The translations under genes and the position numbers were made by a program. Below, piece after piece: positions 1 through 10,026 of a stretch of DNA of 64,000 nt; the first letter of the stretch is position 1; the number at the start of each line of letters is the position of its first letter. The stretch covers positions 1,312,001 to 1,376,000 of the forward strand of contig JASGHJ010000002.1 in NCBI GenBank assembly GCA_047602405.1, in the 5' to 3' direction. The notes beneath the pieces are model-generated. The model was given only the letters and a program-made list of their open reading frames with translations, did not search any database and was not told the origin of the DNA. Origin of the DNA: Anaeromyxobacteraceae bacterium. Its GTDB lineage: Bacteria > Myxococcota > Myxococcia > Myxococcales > Anaeromyxobacteraceae.

Positions 1-161
1 CCACCGGCTCGAGGGGCGGGTGGAGCTCCTCTTCTCCCCGGTGTGGGACCGGGTGAGGCCCGCCGAGCTCGCGCGCTGGCTGCTCGAGAGCGGATTGAAT
101 GCCCGGCTCTCGCTCCAGGTCCACAAGGTGATCTCGGGGAGCCGACGTGCGCGGCGTGTAG
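1..161 (+). CDS. queE: 3' end of radical SAM 7-carboxy-7-deazaguanine synthase (partial at window edge; apparent +1 error near 135)
   Basis: Frame from nt 2 reads HRLEGRVELLFSPVWDRV...RLSLQVHKVI. Removing one C after GATCT gives IWGADVRGV-stop (TAG 159-161), a typical QueE C-terminus. Confidence 0.7.
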
Positions 162-220
162 CCGGGCCCGGGGAGCCCCGTCCTTGACGCGCCCCGCCGT
201 GCGGGGCTACCAAACGAGCG

Positions 221-844
221 ATGCGCGCACTCCTGCTCCTCGTCGCCGCCGCGGCGCTCAGCGCCGGCGGAGCCGCGCGCGCGGGCCCCGCGGTCACGCT
301 GAACGGCGTGCCCATCGACGGCGTGACCGGGCAGAAGATCGAGAACGCGACCGTCGTCATCGACGACCGGGGCGACATCCACATCACCGCGAAGGGCTAC
401 GCGGTCCGCTCCGACGAGCCGGCTCCCGCCACCGCCCGCGCCGCCCCGGTGCCCGCCGGCGGCGCCCCCGTGCCGGCCGCGCCCACGGCGCCCGCCGCGG
501 TGACCCGCCGGTACTTCCTCGCGACCGAGCACGCCGCGCCGGGGACCGGGTTCGACCTCGCCATCTTCATCAACTCGCAGTGGATCCGGGAGGTGAAGGC
601 GAACGAGCCGCAGGTGGTCATGGAGATCACGAAGTACCTGCGGCCGGGCCAGAACCGCCTCGTCCTCTCCGCCACCCGGAAGGGCGACCGCCCCTCCACC
701 TCGAAGGACGTGACCTTGCGGGTCGTGGTCGGGGAGGGGAACATCGGCGGCGACCACGTGATGATCGACGAGACGCTCGTGGAGGCCGTCCGCACCGCCG
801 CCGAGGAGAGCCGCAGCGAGGAGTTCGTCGTCCAGGCCCGCTGA
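221..844 (+). CDS. Secreted hypothetical protein
   Basis: 207 aa ORF with a signal peptide, Pro/Ala linker and high-GC3 codon usage. Confidence 0.75.
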   Translation: MRALLLLVAAAALSAGGAARAGPAVTLNGVPIDGVTGQKIENATVVIDDRGDIHITAKGYAVRSDEPAPATARAAPVPAGGAPVPAAPTAPAAVTRRYFLATEHAAPGTGFDLAIFINSQWIREVKANEPQVVMEITKYLRPGQNRLVLSATRKGDRPSTSKDVTLRVVVGEGNIGGDHVMIDETLVEAVRTAAEESRSEEFVVQAR

Positions 845-857
845 GCCCGAGGAGCGC

Positions 858-1490
858 ATGTTCCACCCCGAGCCGACCCTCACCTGGGTGCCCGCCACGA
901 AGGACCAGATCGTGGCGATCATCGAGAGCATCAACCAGCCGCAGGTCTCGATCCCGGGCAAGCCTCCGCAGACCGTCACCGGGCACCTGTGCGCGCTCCG
1001 GAACGCCAACGGCACCTTCTCCATCTACGTCGCGCTCCACGTGCCCCGCACCGGCGAGAACGTCGTGTACGTGCACGAGCGGCGGCAGGTGACGCTCGAG
1101 GAGTACCGGGACGTCGAGATCGAGGGGCTCCAGTTCCTCGAGTCGATGGGCTTCATGCTCGACAACCTGAACTTCCGCAACCTCGCGGCGGACGTGCAGG
1201 AGCAGACCATCCGGCGGATCCCGCTCTTCGGCGGCCGCCCCGCGGGGCGGCCCGCGCCCGCGCAGCCCGCGAAGACCGCCATGGGCGTGCCGGCGATGGG
1301 TCAGACCGGGATGATGCCGGCGATGAGCGCCGCCTTCCCCCAGATCAGCTCCACCTCGCTCGGGATCCCGGCCCTGGCGGCCCCGGCGCTCGCGCCCGCC
1401 GCGCCGGCCCCGGCCCCGCCGCCGTCCGCCTCCCCCGCGCTGGGGCCGCGCGAGGCCTCCGCCCTCGCCCGGCTGCTCGCCTCCTTCTGA
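858..1490 (+). CDS. Conserved myxobacterial hypothetical protein upstream of tgl
   Basis: AGGAG RBS; globular N-terminal ~125 aa followed by a Pro/Ala-rich tail; operonic with tgl. Confidence 0.7.
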   Translation: MFHPEPTLTWVPATKDQIVAIIESINQPQVSIPGKPPQTVTGHLCALRNANGTFSIYVALHVPRTGENVVYVHERRQVTLEEYRDVEIEGLQFLESMGFMLDNLNFRNLAADVQEQTIRRIPLFGGRPAGRPAPAQPAKTAMGVPAMGQTGMMPAMSAAFPQISSTSLGIPALAAPALAPAAPAPAPPPSASPALGPREASALARLLASF

Positions 1491-1504
1491 GGTCCACCCG
1501 ACCG

Positions 1505-2275
1505 ATGGCCACCACACCCCCGCGCGCCCGCCCCACCCTCGCCGCCGCCGCGCTGCTCGCCCTCGCGGCCTGCGCGCACGGCCCCTCGCCGAAGGACCGG
1601 CGCGCCGCCGAGATCCACCACGACCTCGGCGTCGAGGCGCTGCGCGCCGGGCGCAGCCCCCCCGACGCGCTCAAGGAGTTCGACGCCGCCCTCGAGCTCG
1701 ACCCGGCCTTCGCCGACGCGCACCGCGGCCGCGGGCTCGTGCTCGACTTCGGCTTCGGCCGCGCCGACGAGGCCGAGCGCGAGTACCGCCGCGCGATCGA
1801 GCTCAAGACCCCGTACCCGGAGGCCGAGAACGATCTCGGGCAGCTCCTCGCGAAGCGCGGGCGGCACGAGGAGGCCCTGAAGCACCTCGACGCCGCGCTC
1901 GCGGAGATGACCTACCGCGAGCCGTGGATCGCCCGCTGCAACAAGGGCCAGGTGCTCTGGCAGATGGGCCGCAAGACCGAGGGCATCGCCGAGCAGCGGG
2001 CCTGCCTCACCCTCGCGCCGCGGTTCTGCAAGGGCCGGCGGGAGCTCGGGCGCATCCTGCTCGAGGACCGGCGCGTCGCCGAGGCGATCGAGGAGCTGTC
2101 GGCCTACGCCCGCACCTGCGACAGGACGCCGGACGCGCACCTCCAGCTCGGGCTCGCGCGCGTGAAGCAGGGCGACCTCGCGGGCGCGCGGGAGGCGCTG
2201 CAGCGCTGCGTCGAGCTCGGCGCGAACAGCGTCGAGGGCGACGAGTGCAAGAAGACGCTGGAGCTCCTCCGGTGA
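1505..2275 (+). CDS. tgl: TPR lipoprotein pilotin (Tgl/PilF family, type IV pilus secretin assembly)
   Basis: Lipobox LAAC, consecutive TPR repeats with Cys, followed by a RodZ-like HTH gene as in pilF loci. Confidence 0.75.
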   Translation: MATTPPRARPTLAAAALLALAACAHGPSPKDRRAAEIHHDLGVEALRAGRSPPDALKEFDAALELDPAFADAHRGRGLVLDFGFGRADEAEREYRRAIELKTPYPEAENDLGQLLAKRGRHEEALKHLDAALAEMTYREPWIARCNKGQVLWQMGRKTEGIAEQRACLTLAPRFCKGRRELGRILLEDRRVAEAIEELSAYARTCDRTPDAHLQLGLARVKQGDLAGAREALQRCVELGANSVEGDECKKTLELLR

Positions 2276-2682
2276 GCGAGGGGCGCGGCGGCCCGGACGG
2301 CCGCGCGGGCGGGCCGGAGGGCGAGCTCGCCGAGGCCGATCGCCTGGCGGCGTTCGGCCGCTGGCTCCAGCGGGAGCGGGAGCTCCGCGGGCTCACGCGC
2401 GAGGAGGTCACGCGCGCCACCCGGCTCGCGCCCGGCGTGGTGGAGGCGCTCGAGGGCGGCGACCGCGCCCGCCTGCCTCCCCGCGCCTACGCGGTGGGGT
2501 ACCTGCGCGCGGTGGCCGCGGCCGAGGGGCTCGACGCCGACGAGGTGGTGCTCCGCTGGGAGGAGGCGATCGCCGACACGCCCGCGCCCGAGGGGCGCCC
2601 CGGGACGCCCGTCCGCTGGCTCGTGCTGGGCGCCGTCGCGCTCGTCGCGGCGGGGGCGGCGGCCCTGCTGATGCTCCGCTGA
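2272..2682 (+). CDS. RodZ-like helix-turn-helix protein with C-terminal TM helix
   Basis: FGRWLQRERELRGLTREEV...ALEGG...LP.RAY..GYLR motif; GTG overlaps the tgl stop (GTGA). Confidence 0.8.
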   Translation: MSEGRGGPDGRAGGPEGELAEADRLAAFGRWLQRERELRGLTREEVTRATRLAPGVVEALEGGDRARLPPRAYAVGYLRAVAAAEGLDADEVVLRWEEAIADTPAPEGRPGTPVRWLVLGAVALVAAGAAALLMLR

Positions 2683-2775
2683 CCCGCCCGCGGCGTGCCC
2701 GGGGACGACCTCGAGGGCACGACGCGCACGTCTCCCGCAGGCGCGGACCGTCGGTCGGGGTAACATGGCCCCTGC

Positions 2776-3387
2776 GTGAGCTCCCCCCGGCCACCCCTGC
2801 CGCGCGTCGACGCCTACCTCGCGGGCCTGCCCGACGGGTTCGCCTCGCACCCGGGCTGCCTCGCGAAGGGAGCGGTCGTCCGGAACGCCTACGAGGACGT
2901 GCCGGACCACGCCGCGCTCGCCGACGCGCTGCCGCCCGAGCTCGCCCCGCTCGTGCGCGAGCCGCCGCTCGCCGGGGAGTGGGTCCCCGAGGTCCAGCTC
3001 GTGGCGCTCGTCCACGGGGTCGCCGACGTCCTCGGGCTCGACGACGCGGCCGCGGCCGCCCGGATCCGGGCCCGCAACCGCGTCCTCTTCGACAGCCCCA
3101 CCTACCGCATCCTCATGGCGGTCTTCTCGCCGGCGACGCTCGTGCGCTTCTCCGGGAAGCGCTGGAACAACTTCCACCGCGGCAGCGCGCTCGACGTCTC
3201 CGGGGTCTCCGACGACGGCGTGCGGTTCACGCTCAGCTTCCCGGCCGCGCTCTTCGACGCGCGCGTCCTCGCGCTGTACGCGCAGGCCTTCGCCGCGGCC
3301 CTCGAGCTCTCCGGCGCGAGGTCGCCGGACGTGCTCGTCGAGGAGGCCGGGCCCACCCGCTGCCGGTACCGGGCGGTCTGGGGCTGA
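2776..3387 (+). CDS. DUF2378-like Myxococcales protein
   Basis: KGAVVR...WVP...C-terminal CRYRAVW pattern resembles the family. Confidence 0.55.
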   Translation: MSSPRPPLPRVDAYLAGLPDGFASHPGCLAKGAVVRNAYEDVPDHAALADALPPELAPLVREPPLAGEWVPEVQLVALVHGVADVLGLDDAAAAARIRARNRVLFDSPTYRILMAVFSPATLVRFSGKRWNNFHRGSALDVSGVSDDGVRFTLSFPAALFDARVLALYAQAFAAALELSGARSPDVLVEEAGPTRCRYRAVWG

Positions 3388-3441
3388 GCGCCGGTGCTGG
3401 CGCCGGTGGCGCGCCGGGCCGGGCTCCGCTACGGTCCCCGG

Positions 3442-4240
3442 GTGACCGTCCGCTCGAGCCTCACCGCCATCGTCCTGCGCACCGTCGACTACGGCGAGTC
3501 GGACCGGGTGGTGACGCTCTTCACGCGGGAGCGGGGCAAGGTGGCCGCCTTCGCGCGGGGCGCCCGGGCCTCGAGGCGCCGCTTCGGCGGCGGGCTCGAG
3601 CCGTTCACGCTGCTCTCCGCCGAGGTGCGCGAGCGCGCCGGCTCCGACATGCTCGGGCTCGACTCGGTCGCGGTGCAGCGCGGGTTCGGCGGCATCCGCG
3701 GCGACCTCGCGCGGATCGCGTGCGCCGGCTACGCGGCGGAGCTCGCGCGGGAGCTCGTGCGCGACCACGAGCCTCACGACGATCTCCTGGACGCTCCTCG
3801 CCGGCTACCTCGCCGCCCTCGACGCCGCGCCCGCGACGCCCGGCGCGCTCCGCGCGTTCGAGCTCGGCGCGCTCGCGGCGGCCGGGCTCGCCCCGCGCCT
3901 CGACGCCTGCGCGCGCTGCGGCGGGCCGCTCGGCGAGGCCGGCGAGGCCGGCCCGATCCCGCCGGGCCGGGCGCGCCGGTTCGATCCGGCGCAGGGTGGG
4001 GTGCTGTGCCCGGCCTGCGGGCCCGCCGCGGGGCCGGGGAGCGTCGACCTCACCGCGCCCGGGCTCGCCGCGCTCGTCCGGCTCTCCGACGGCGGGCTCG
4101 CCGCGGGCGCGGCGCCGCTCGCGCCCGTCGAGGCGCGCGAGCTGAAGGAGGCGCTGACCCGCTTCGTCGAGCACCACCTCGGCCGGCGCCTCAAGGCCCG
4201 GGGCTTCCTCGACGAGGTCGGCCCGGTGCTGGGAGGATAG
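3442..4240 (+). CDS. recO: DNA repair protein RecO (apparent +1 error near 3786)
   Basis: AIVLRTVDYGESDRVVTLFT...GARASRRRFGG.LEPF. Removing one C after GATCT joins the frame with CARC/CPAC zinc ligands and LKARGFL end. Confidence 0.9.
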
Positions 4241-4243
4241 GGC

Positions 4244-5200
4244 GTGGGCGGCGCGCGCGACCTCGACGTCGTCTGCCTGGGCGAGGCGCTCGTCGACTTC
4301 CTGCCCGATCGCCCGGGCGCGCTCCCGGACGTGGAGGCGTTCCGGCCCTGCGCGGGCGGGGCCCCCGCGAACGTCGCCACCGGCCTCGCGCGCCTCGGCC
4401 GCCGCGTCGCGTTCACCGGGGTGGTCGGCGACGATCCCCTCGGGCGGTTCCTCGCGCGGCGCCTCGCCGACGAGGGCGTCGAGCCGGTCCTCCGGTTCTC
4501 GCGCGAGCGTCCGACCGGCGTGTGGTTCGTCGCGCTCGAGCCCGGCGGCGAGCGCAGCTTCTTCTCGCCGAACGCGCGGTTCTCCGCGGACAAGCTCTTC
4601 GCGCCGCCGGACGTGGCCCCCGCGCTCCTCGCGCGCGCGGCCTGGCTGCACGTGGGCTCGTCCGCCCACGTCCTCCCCGCCGGCCGGGAGGCGCTCCGGG
4701 CCGCGGTGGCCGCGGCGCGCGCGGCGGGCACGCGCGTCTCGTTCGACCCGAACGTGCGCGCGCACCTCTGGGACGATCTCGAGGACTGCCGCCGGCTCTG
4801 CGCGGCGGTGATCCCGTCGTGCGACCTCGTGAAGCTCTCCGAGGAGGAGGCGCCGCTCTGCACCGGCGAGCACGAGCCGGAGCGCGCGGCGGCCCGCCTC
4901 GTGGAGCTCGGCGTCGGGCTCGCGTGCGTGACCCTCGGCGCGCGGGGCGCGCTCTTGCGGCGGGGGGACCTCGTCGTGCGCGTCCCGGCCGCGCCCGCGG
5001 ACGTCGTCGACACGACGGGCGCGGGCGACGCCTGGGTGGCGGGCGTGCTCGCGTCGCTCGCGACCGCCGAACCCCTCGAGGCGCTCGGGGCGCCGGCGCT
5101 CGCGGCGGCGGGGGCGCTCGGGGCGCGGGTCGCGGCGCGGGTGGTGGCGCAGCCGGGCGCGGTCGCAGGGCTGCCGCGGATCGGGGAGATTTCCGTTTGA
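4244..5200 (+). CDS. PfkB-family carbohydrate kinase
   Basis: GEALVD, GGAPANVA, FDPNVR and DTTGAGD motifs. Confidence 0.92.
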   Translation: MGGARDLDVVCLGEALVDFLPDRPGALPDVEAFRPCAGGAPANVATGLARLGRRVAFTGVVGDDPLGRFLARRLADEGVEPVLRFSRERPTGVWFVALEPGGERSFFSPNARFSADKLFAPPDVAPALLARAAWLHVGSSAHVLPAGREALRAAVAAARAAGTRVSFDPNVRAHLWDDLEDCRRLCAAVIPSCDLVKLSEEEAPLCTGEHEPERAAARLVELGVGLACVTLGARGALLRRGDLVVRVPAAPADVVDTTGAGDAWVAGVLASLATAEPLEALGAPALAAAGALGARVAARVVAQPGAVAGLPRIGEISV

Positions 5201-5361
5201 CAGCGGGGGGTTGGGCGACCTACCGTCGCCGGTCCTCGCGGTGCCCCGAACCCCGGGCCGCGCGCGGGCGGAACAGTCCGCGCGCACGCGCGTTCAACGA
5301 GTCCGAGCGGAGGACCTCGACCTTGACCACCAGCGACGCCGACGGCTACGGTGCGCGCCCC

Positions 5362-6687
5362 ATGCCGGCCCGTCCCCTTGGCCTCCTGGTCCTCGCGGCG
5401 CTCGCCGCGACGGCCTGCACCCCCGTCGAGCGTCCTCCGGGTCCTCTCGACAGGTTCACGTTCCCGACGGGCCTCGCGCTCGCGAACGACCGCCTCCTCG
5501 TGGTGTCGTCGAACTACGACCTCACCTACGAGGACGACAAGGGCGGCTCGGTGCTCGCGGTCGACCCGTCCGCCTCGGAGCGGCAGGACGGCACGGTCGG
5601 CGGCCCGCCCCGCGTGACGAGCGCGGTGCGGATCCCGAGCTTCGGCGGGGAGGTCCGCGTCGCGGGCGCGAGCGCGTGCGGGCTCGCGCGGGACGAGGCG
5701 CTCGTCCCGAACCGGCTCACCGGCGAGCTCCTGCGCCTCGGGTTCGGCGCCGACGGCGCCCTCAGCTGCGGCGCCGACTGCCACATCCCGCTCGCCGGGA
5801 CGGGGGAAGGGGATCCCTACTCCGTGGAGGTCGTGTGCCGGCCCGGGAAGCCCTTCGCGTACGTGGGCTGGCTGCGCTCCCGGAAGGGCACGCAGTGCCC
5901 GAACGGCATCTCGAGCACCACCTGCGCGGTCCTGAGCGAGGTGCCGCTCGACGGCTCCGACGCCCCGGCCACCGGCAACGTGCTCCTCAACGCGGGCGGC
6001 GTCCGGCGGGTGCGCTACGAGCCGCAGACCGGGCTGCTCTTCTTCGCCACCACCGGCTCCGACCTCGGCTGGCTGGACCTCTCCGGCGGGTGCAGCGTCG
6101 CGTCCTCCGACCACCCGTGCCCGACGCAGTCGATCGACCTCTCGACCTCCGTGCGCGGCCTGCAGCTCAGGTCGGTGGGCTTCTCCTCGCCCGGCCTCCC
6201 GCTGCGCGTGTTCGTCACCGGGAAGCTCTACGACCCCTCGCTCCTCGCCGCGGGCGTGGAGTTCGACGTGGGCGGCGTGCTCCTCGTCCTCGGCTTCGAG
6301 CCGTCGGCGTTCGGCGGCTACAACGTCACGGTGCAGCGCACGATCCCGATCGGCACCGACGCCGCCGAGGTGGCGGTGATCCCGCGCGCGGGGCAGCGCG
6401 ACCTCGTCGTCGTGAGCGCCACCGCGGACGGCGAGCTCTGGTTCTGGGACGACGAGCTCGGCACGATCTCGGGCGTCGTCGCCCGGACGGCGCTCGGCAC
6501 GTCCGAGGTCGGCGCCCAGCCGTACGGCCTCGCCTTCGTCGACCGCAAGGCCGGCGCGCTCCCGGTCCGGCTCTACGTGGGCAGCTTCGGGGACGGCGTC
6601 GTCTCCGTGGTCGACCTGAACCCGCTCGCCCCCGACCCGCTGGCCCAGACGCCCGGCGTGGTGATCCGCGGGCGCATCGGAGAATGA
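5362..6687 (+). CDS. Lipoprotein, probable beta-propeller
   Basis: Lipobox ATAC; FPTGLAL...LLVVSSNYDL and PYGLAF...LYVGSF blade-like motifs; paired Cys. Confidence 0.7.
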   Translation: MPARPLGLLVLAALAATACTPVERPPGPLDRFTFPTGLALANDRLLVVSSNYDLTYEDDKGGSVLAVDPSASERQDGTVGGPPRVTSAVRIPSFGGEVRVAGASACGLARDEALVPNRLTGELLRLGFGADGALSCGADCHIPLAGTGEGDPYSVEVVCRPGKPFAYVGWLRSRKGTQCPNGISSTTCAVLSEVPLDGSDAPATGNVLLNAGGVRRVRYEPQTGLLFFATTGSDLGWLDLSGGCSVASSDHPCPTQSIDLSTSVRGLQLRSVGFSSPGLPLRVFVTGKLYDPSLLAAGVEFDVGGVLLVLGFEPSAFGGYNVTVQRTIPIGTDAAEVAVIPRAGQRDLVVVSATADGELWFWDDELGTISGVVARTALGTSEVGAQPYGLAFVDRKAGALPVRLYVGSFGDGVVSVVDLNPLAPDPLAQTPGVVIRGRIGE

Positions 6688-9300
6688 CCTTGCGGACCCG
6701 CTCCCTCCTTCGCGGCCTCGCCGCCGCGAGCCTCGCCGCGGCGCTCGCCGCCTGCGGCAGCACCTCGCTCAAGTCCTCGGTGGGCTTCGCCCGGCCCACG
6801 GCCGTGGCCGTGTTCTTCGGCGTCACCTCCAAGAACGCGGACGTCCACCCGTACGCGGCGATCGCGAACGGCGCCCGCGACGACCTGACGCTCATCGACG
6901 CCCTCGACGACCGGCCGGTGGTCTCGCCGGTGCTCGTCCGGGCGCTCGCCGTCCCGACGCGCTCGCGCCCGTCGACGCTGGTCGCCGGATCGCTCGCCGA
7001 CGGCGACCCGGCCGACCTCAAGTCCGGGCACAAGCCCGACCTCCTCGCGGTGATCCCGGCCGGCTCCTCGATCGTCCAGGTCGTGAGGACCTGGAGCGCC
7101 GACACCCGGACGGTCGACGCGCTCGAGGTCGACCTCTCGACGGCCGCGCCGGGCGCGGAGATCCTGAGCGCCGTGGCCGTCCCGGTGCCGCTCGCGGGCT
7201 CGGGGAATCCGACCCCCGGCAAGGTCTGGCTCGTGCTCGGCCTCACCGGCGGGCGCGTCGCGGTGCTCGAGTACGTGCGCGACCCGGGCGACGCCGCCGG
7301 CCTCGCCATCGCGCTCGGCGCCGCCCCGGTCGTGCAGGCGGTGGGGTTCGACGCGGTCTCGCTCGCGCCGGCCCCGGGCGACGCGCGGCTGCTCTACGCG
7401 GCGACGCCGGACGACCTGCCGGCCGGCAGCGGGAACCACGGCGTCGTCGAGCTCGAGCTGTCGGCGGGCGCCGGGGCCTTCGCGGCCGCGCTCCTGCCGA
7501 CGCGCGCCCCCACGCGGCTCGTGGCGGCGGTGCGCACGACCGAGCGGGTCTGGGCCGACAACGACGCCGACGCCCTCGACGCCCCGCCGGCGCTGCGCGT
7601 GTTCGCCGCCCTCGACAACGCCGGCTGCGGCCCGGAGAAGGCCATCGACTGCGGCGTGGTGACGGTGGACCCGTCCGCCGGCGTCCGGGGCATCGCGCCG
7701 GACCCGATGGGCGAGCTCCCGTACCAGCCGCCGATCCGGCTCCCGGCGGAGCCGATCGCCATGCTGGCGGCCATCCCGCCCTCGACGGAGCCCACGGGCC
7801 TCCTCGACGGGTACTTCAACATCCAGACCGGCCTCGGCACGCGCGAGACGACGGGCGCGATCGGGGTCGCCTGCGCCGACGGGCGCCTGTACACGATCGA
7901 CGCCGCCCGGCGCACGGTCCACAACGACCAGTCGATGCTGCGCGACCTCAGCGGGACCACGCAGACGCGCGTGCGCGCCGACTCGGTCGAGTTCTTCGCC
8001 GTGACCGACCCGCCGCCGAAGATGCCCGACGGCAAGACCGACAAGACGCAGGGCGTGCAGGTGGCCGTCTGCACCTTCATCACGACCACGACCGGCAGCG
8101 GCAGCGAGACGCATCCCGAGTGCAAGCTCGTCAACACCTCCGAAGCCGAGGGGGGCATCCAGGTCACCCCGGGCTACACGCGCGACGACCAGTTCAACCT
8201 GGCCTACCAGGCGGTGCTCACCGGGCTCGCCGGGCGCGCGGTCGATTCTCGGGTCCTCCTCGGGCGTCCTCACCGTCGCCTACCAGGAGCGGAACGGCAC
8301 GGCCATCGCCAACGTGGGGCGGGTGTACGACCCCGCGCTCGGCGTGCACGTGGGCGACAGCCTCCAGCTCGCGGTGAACGGCAAGCTCGAGGCGTGCGAC
8401 GTCCTCGACAACACGGCCTCGAAGAACACCGACGAGTCCGAGGCCGACGTGCACGAGTACACGATCACCGGGATCGCGCCGCCCGACGCCACCGCGCCCG
8501 GAGGCAAGCTCGAGCTCGCCGACGACGGGGGCGCCTGCTACGCGGCGCTCGCCGCGCAGCGGCCCGGCGGCGTCACGGGCACGATCCGGGCCGCGGGCTG
8601 GCTGATCAAGGGCACGCTGCTCGGCTACGTCGGGCGGCCCCAGGTGACGACCAGCGCGGACGGCAAGGACCTGTTCGCGCACGCCCGGCTCGCCTGGGAG
8701 GACGAGAGCGCGCTCTCCTGTCCGCTGTCGCCGTGGCCGGCGAACCCGGCGGCGGTGAGCTGCGACGCGGCCTGCCGCGACCGCTGCGAGCGGCTCTCGA
8801 TCGCGCGGAAGGTCCGCCGCTGGTACACGGTGCCGGACTCCTGCGACAACGCGGACGCCACGAACTCGCAGGACTCGGGGTGCACGTCCCGCTGGGGCGG
8901 CCCGACGATCGTCCCCGGCTTCGGCACGGGGCCCTCGTTCCCGACCGCGACCGAGGGGCCGGCCACCACCTTGCCGCCGAACGCCTTCGGGCCGTTCTTC
9001 GACTTCTGGTTCACCGTCCGGCAGCGCAACGTCTCGCCGGCCGGCGCGGTGACCATCGACTACCCGACGCTGCCCCTCAACCGCGACACGGGCATGAACT
9101 TCAAGACGCACTCGGGCCACAGCCCCACGGTGCGGTACCCGCTCACGGGCTCCATCGTGATGCCCACCGGGCTGGCCGCGTTCGATCGCAGCCCGTGGGA
9201 CCCGACGGCGACGTACCGGTTCTGGGTGTCCTACACCGGCGACTTCGCCCTCGACTTCTCGCCGGGCCTGCTCCTCAACTCGCCGGTCACCATCCGCTGA
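6684..9300 (+). CDS. Large Cys-containing lipoprotein (apparent +1 error at 8244-8248)
   Basis: ATG overlaps the upstream stop; lipobox LAAC. GATTC>GATC joins it to the 8314..9300 frame. Confidence 0.7.
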
Positions 9301-9390
9301 CCCCGCGCGCGTCGACGCGCCCGCGCCTGCTCTGGTAGCCTGATGGCCGTCGCCCGCGCGCACCCGCGCGCGGGGGCAGGGAGGTCACGG

Positions 9391-9954
9391 GTGAAGTCAG
9401 CGCGCACCGTCCAGATCGCCGATCACCTGTGGGCGGCGCTCGACCGCATGGCGGAGGAGATGGGCTCCGACCGCGAGGCGCTGCTCAACCAGGCCATCCA
9501 CGTCCTCGCCCGCCTGAACGGCTACGTGGTGCCCGGGCCCGCCTTCCGGGAGATCCCGACCGGCCCGCACCCCACCGAGCCGGAGCGCAGGGCCGTCGCC
9601 GAGCAGGTGCTCGAGACCGCCGCGCGCCTCGAGCGCGCCATGCAGGCGCCCCCGCCCGTGCCGGTCACCGGCACGGCCTCGCTCGTCGTCGTGCGCGAGG
9701 ACGGGACCGAGGAGCTGGTCTCGAAGGAGCGCTTCGTCATCGGCCGCGGACGGCACTGCGATCTCGTGGTCGACAGCGGCAAGGTGTCGCGCGAGCACGC
9801 GGTGCTCGTGCGGGAGAACGGCGGCTGGTTCATCGAGGACCTCGGCTCCTCGAACGGCACCTGGTTCAGGAAGGAGCGGATCCAGCGGCGCCGCATCGAG
9901 GACGGGGACGAGTACTTCGTCTGCTCCGAGAAGCTGCGCTGCCAGCTCCGGTAG
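9391..9954 (+). CDS. FHA domain protein with N-terminal ribbon-helix-helix-like segment
   Basis: GGAGG RBS; IGRG...VSREHA...EDLGSSNGT FHA motifs. Confidence 0.88.
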   Translation: MKSARTVQIADHLWAALDRMAEEMGSDREALLNQAIHVLARLNGYVVPGPAFREIPTGPHPTEPERRAVAEQVLETAARLERAMQAPPPVPVTGTASLVVVREDGTEELVSKERFVIGRGRHCDLVVDSGKVSREHAVLVRENGGWFIEDLGSSNGTWFRKERIQRRRIEDGDEYFVCSEKLRCQLR

Positions 9955-10026
9955 CCCCGCGGCTCGACCGAGGCGGTCCCGTTTTTCGCTGCCCGGCGTC
10001 GGGGGGCGGGGATAAGGTCCCCGCCG

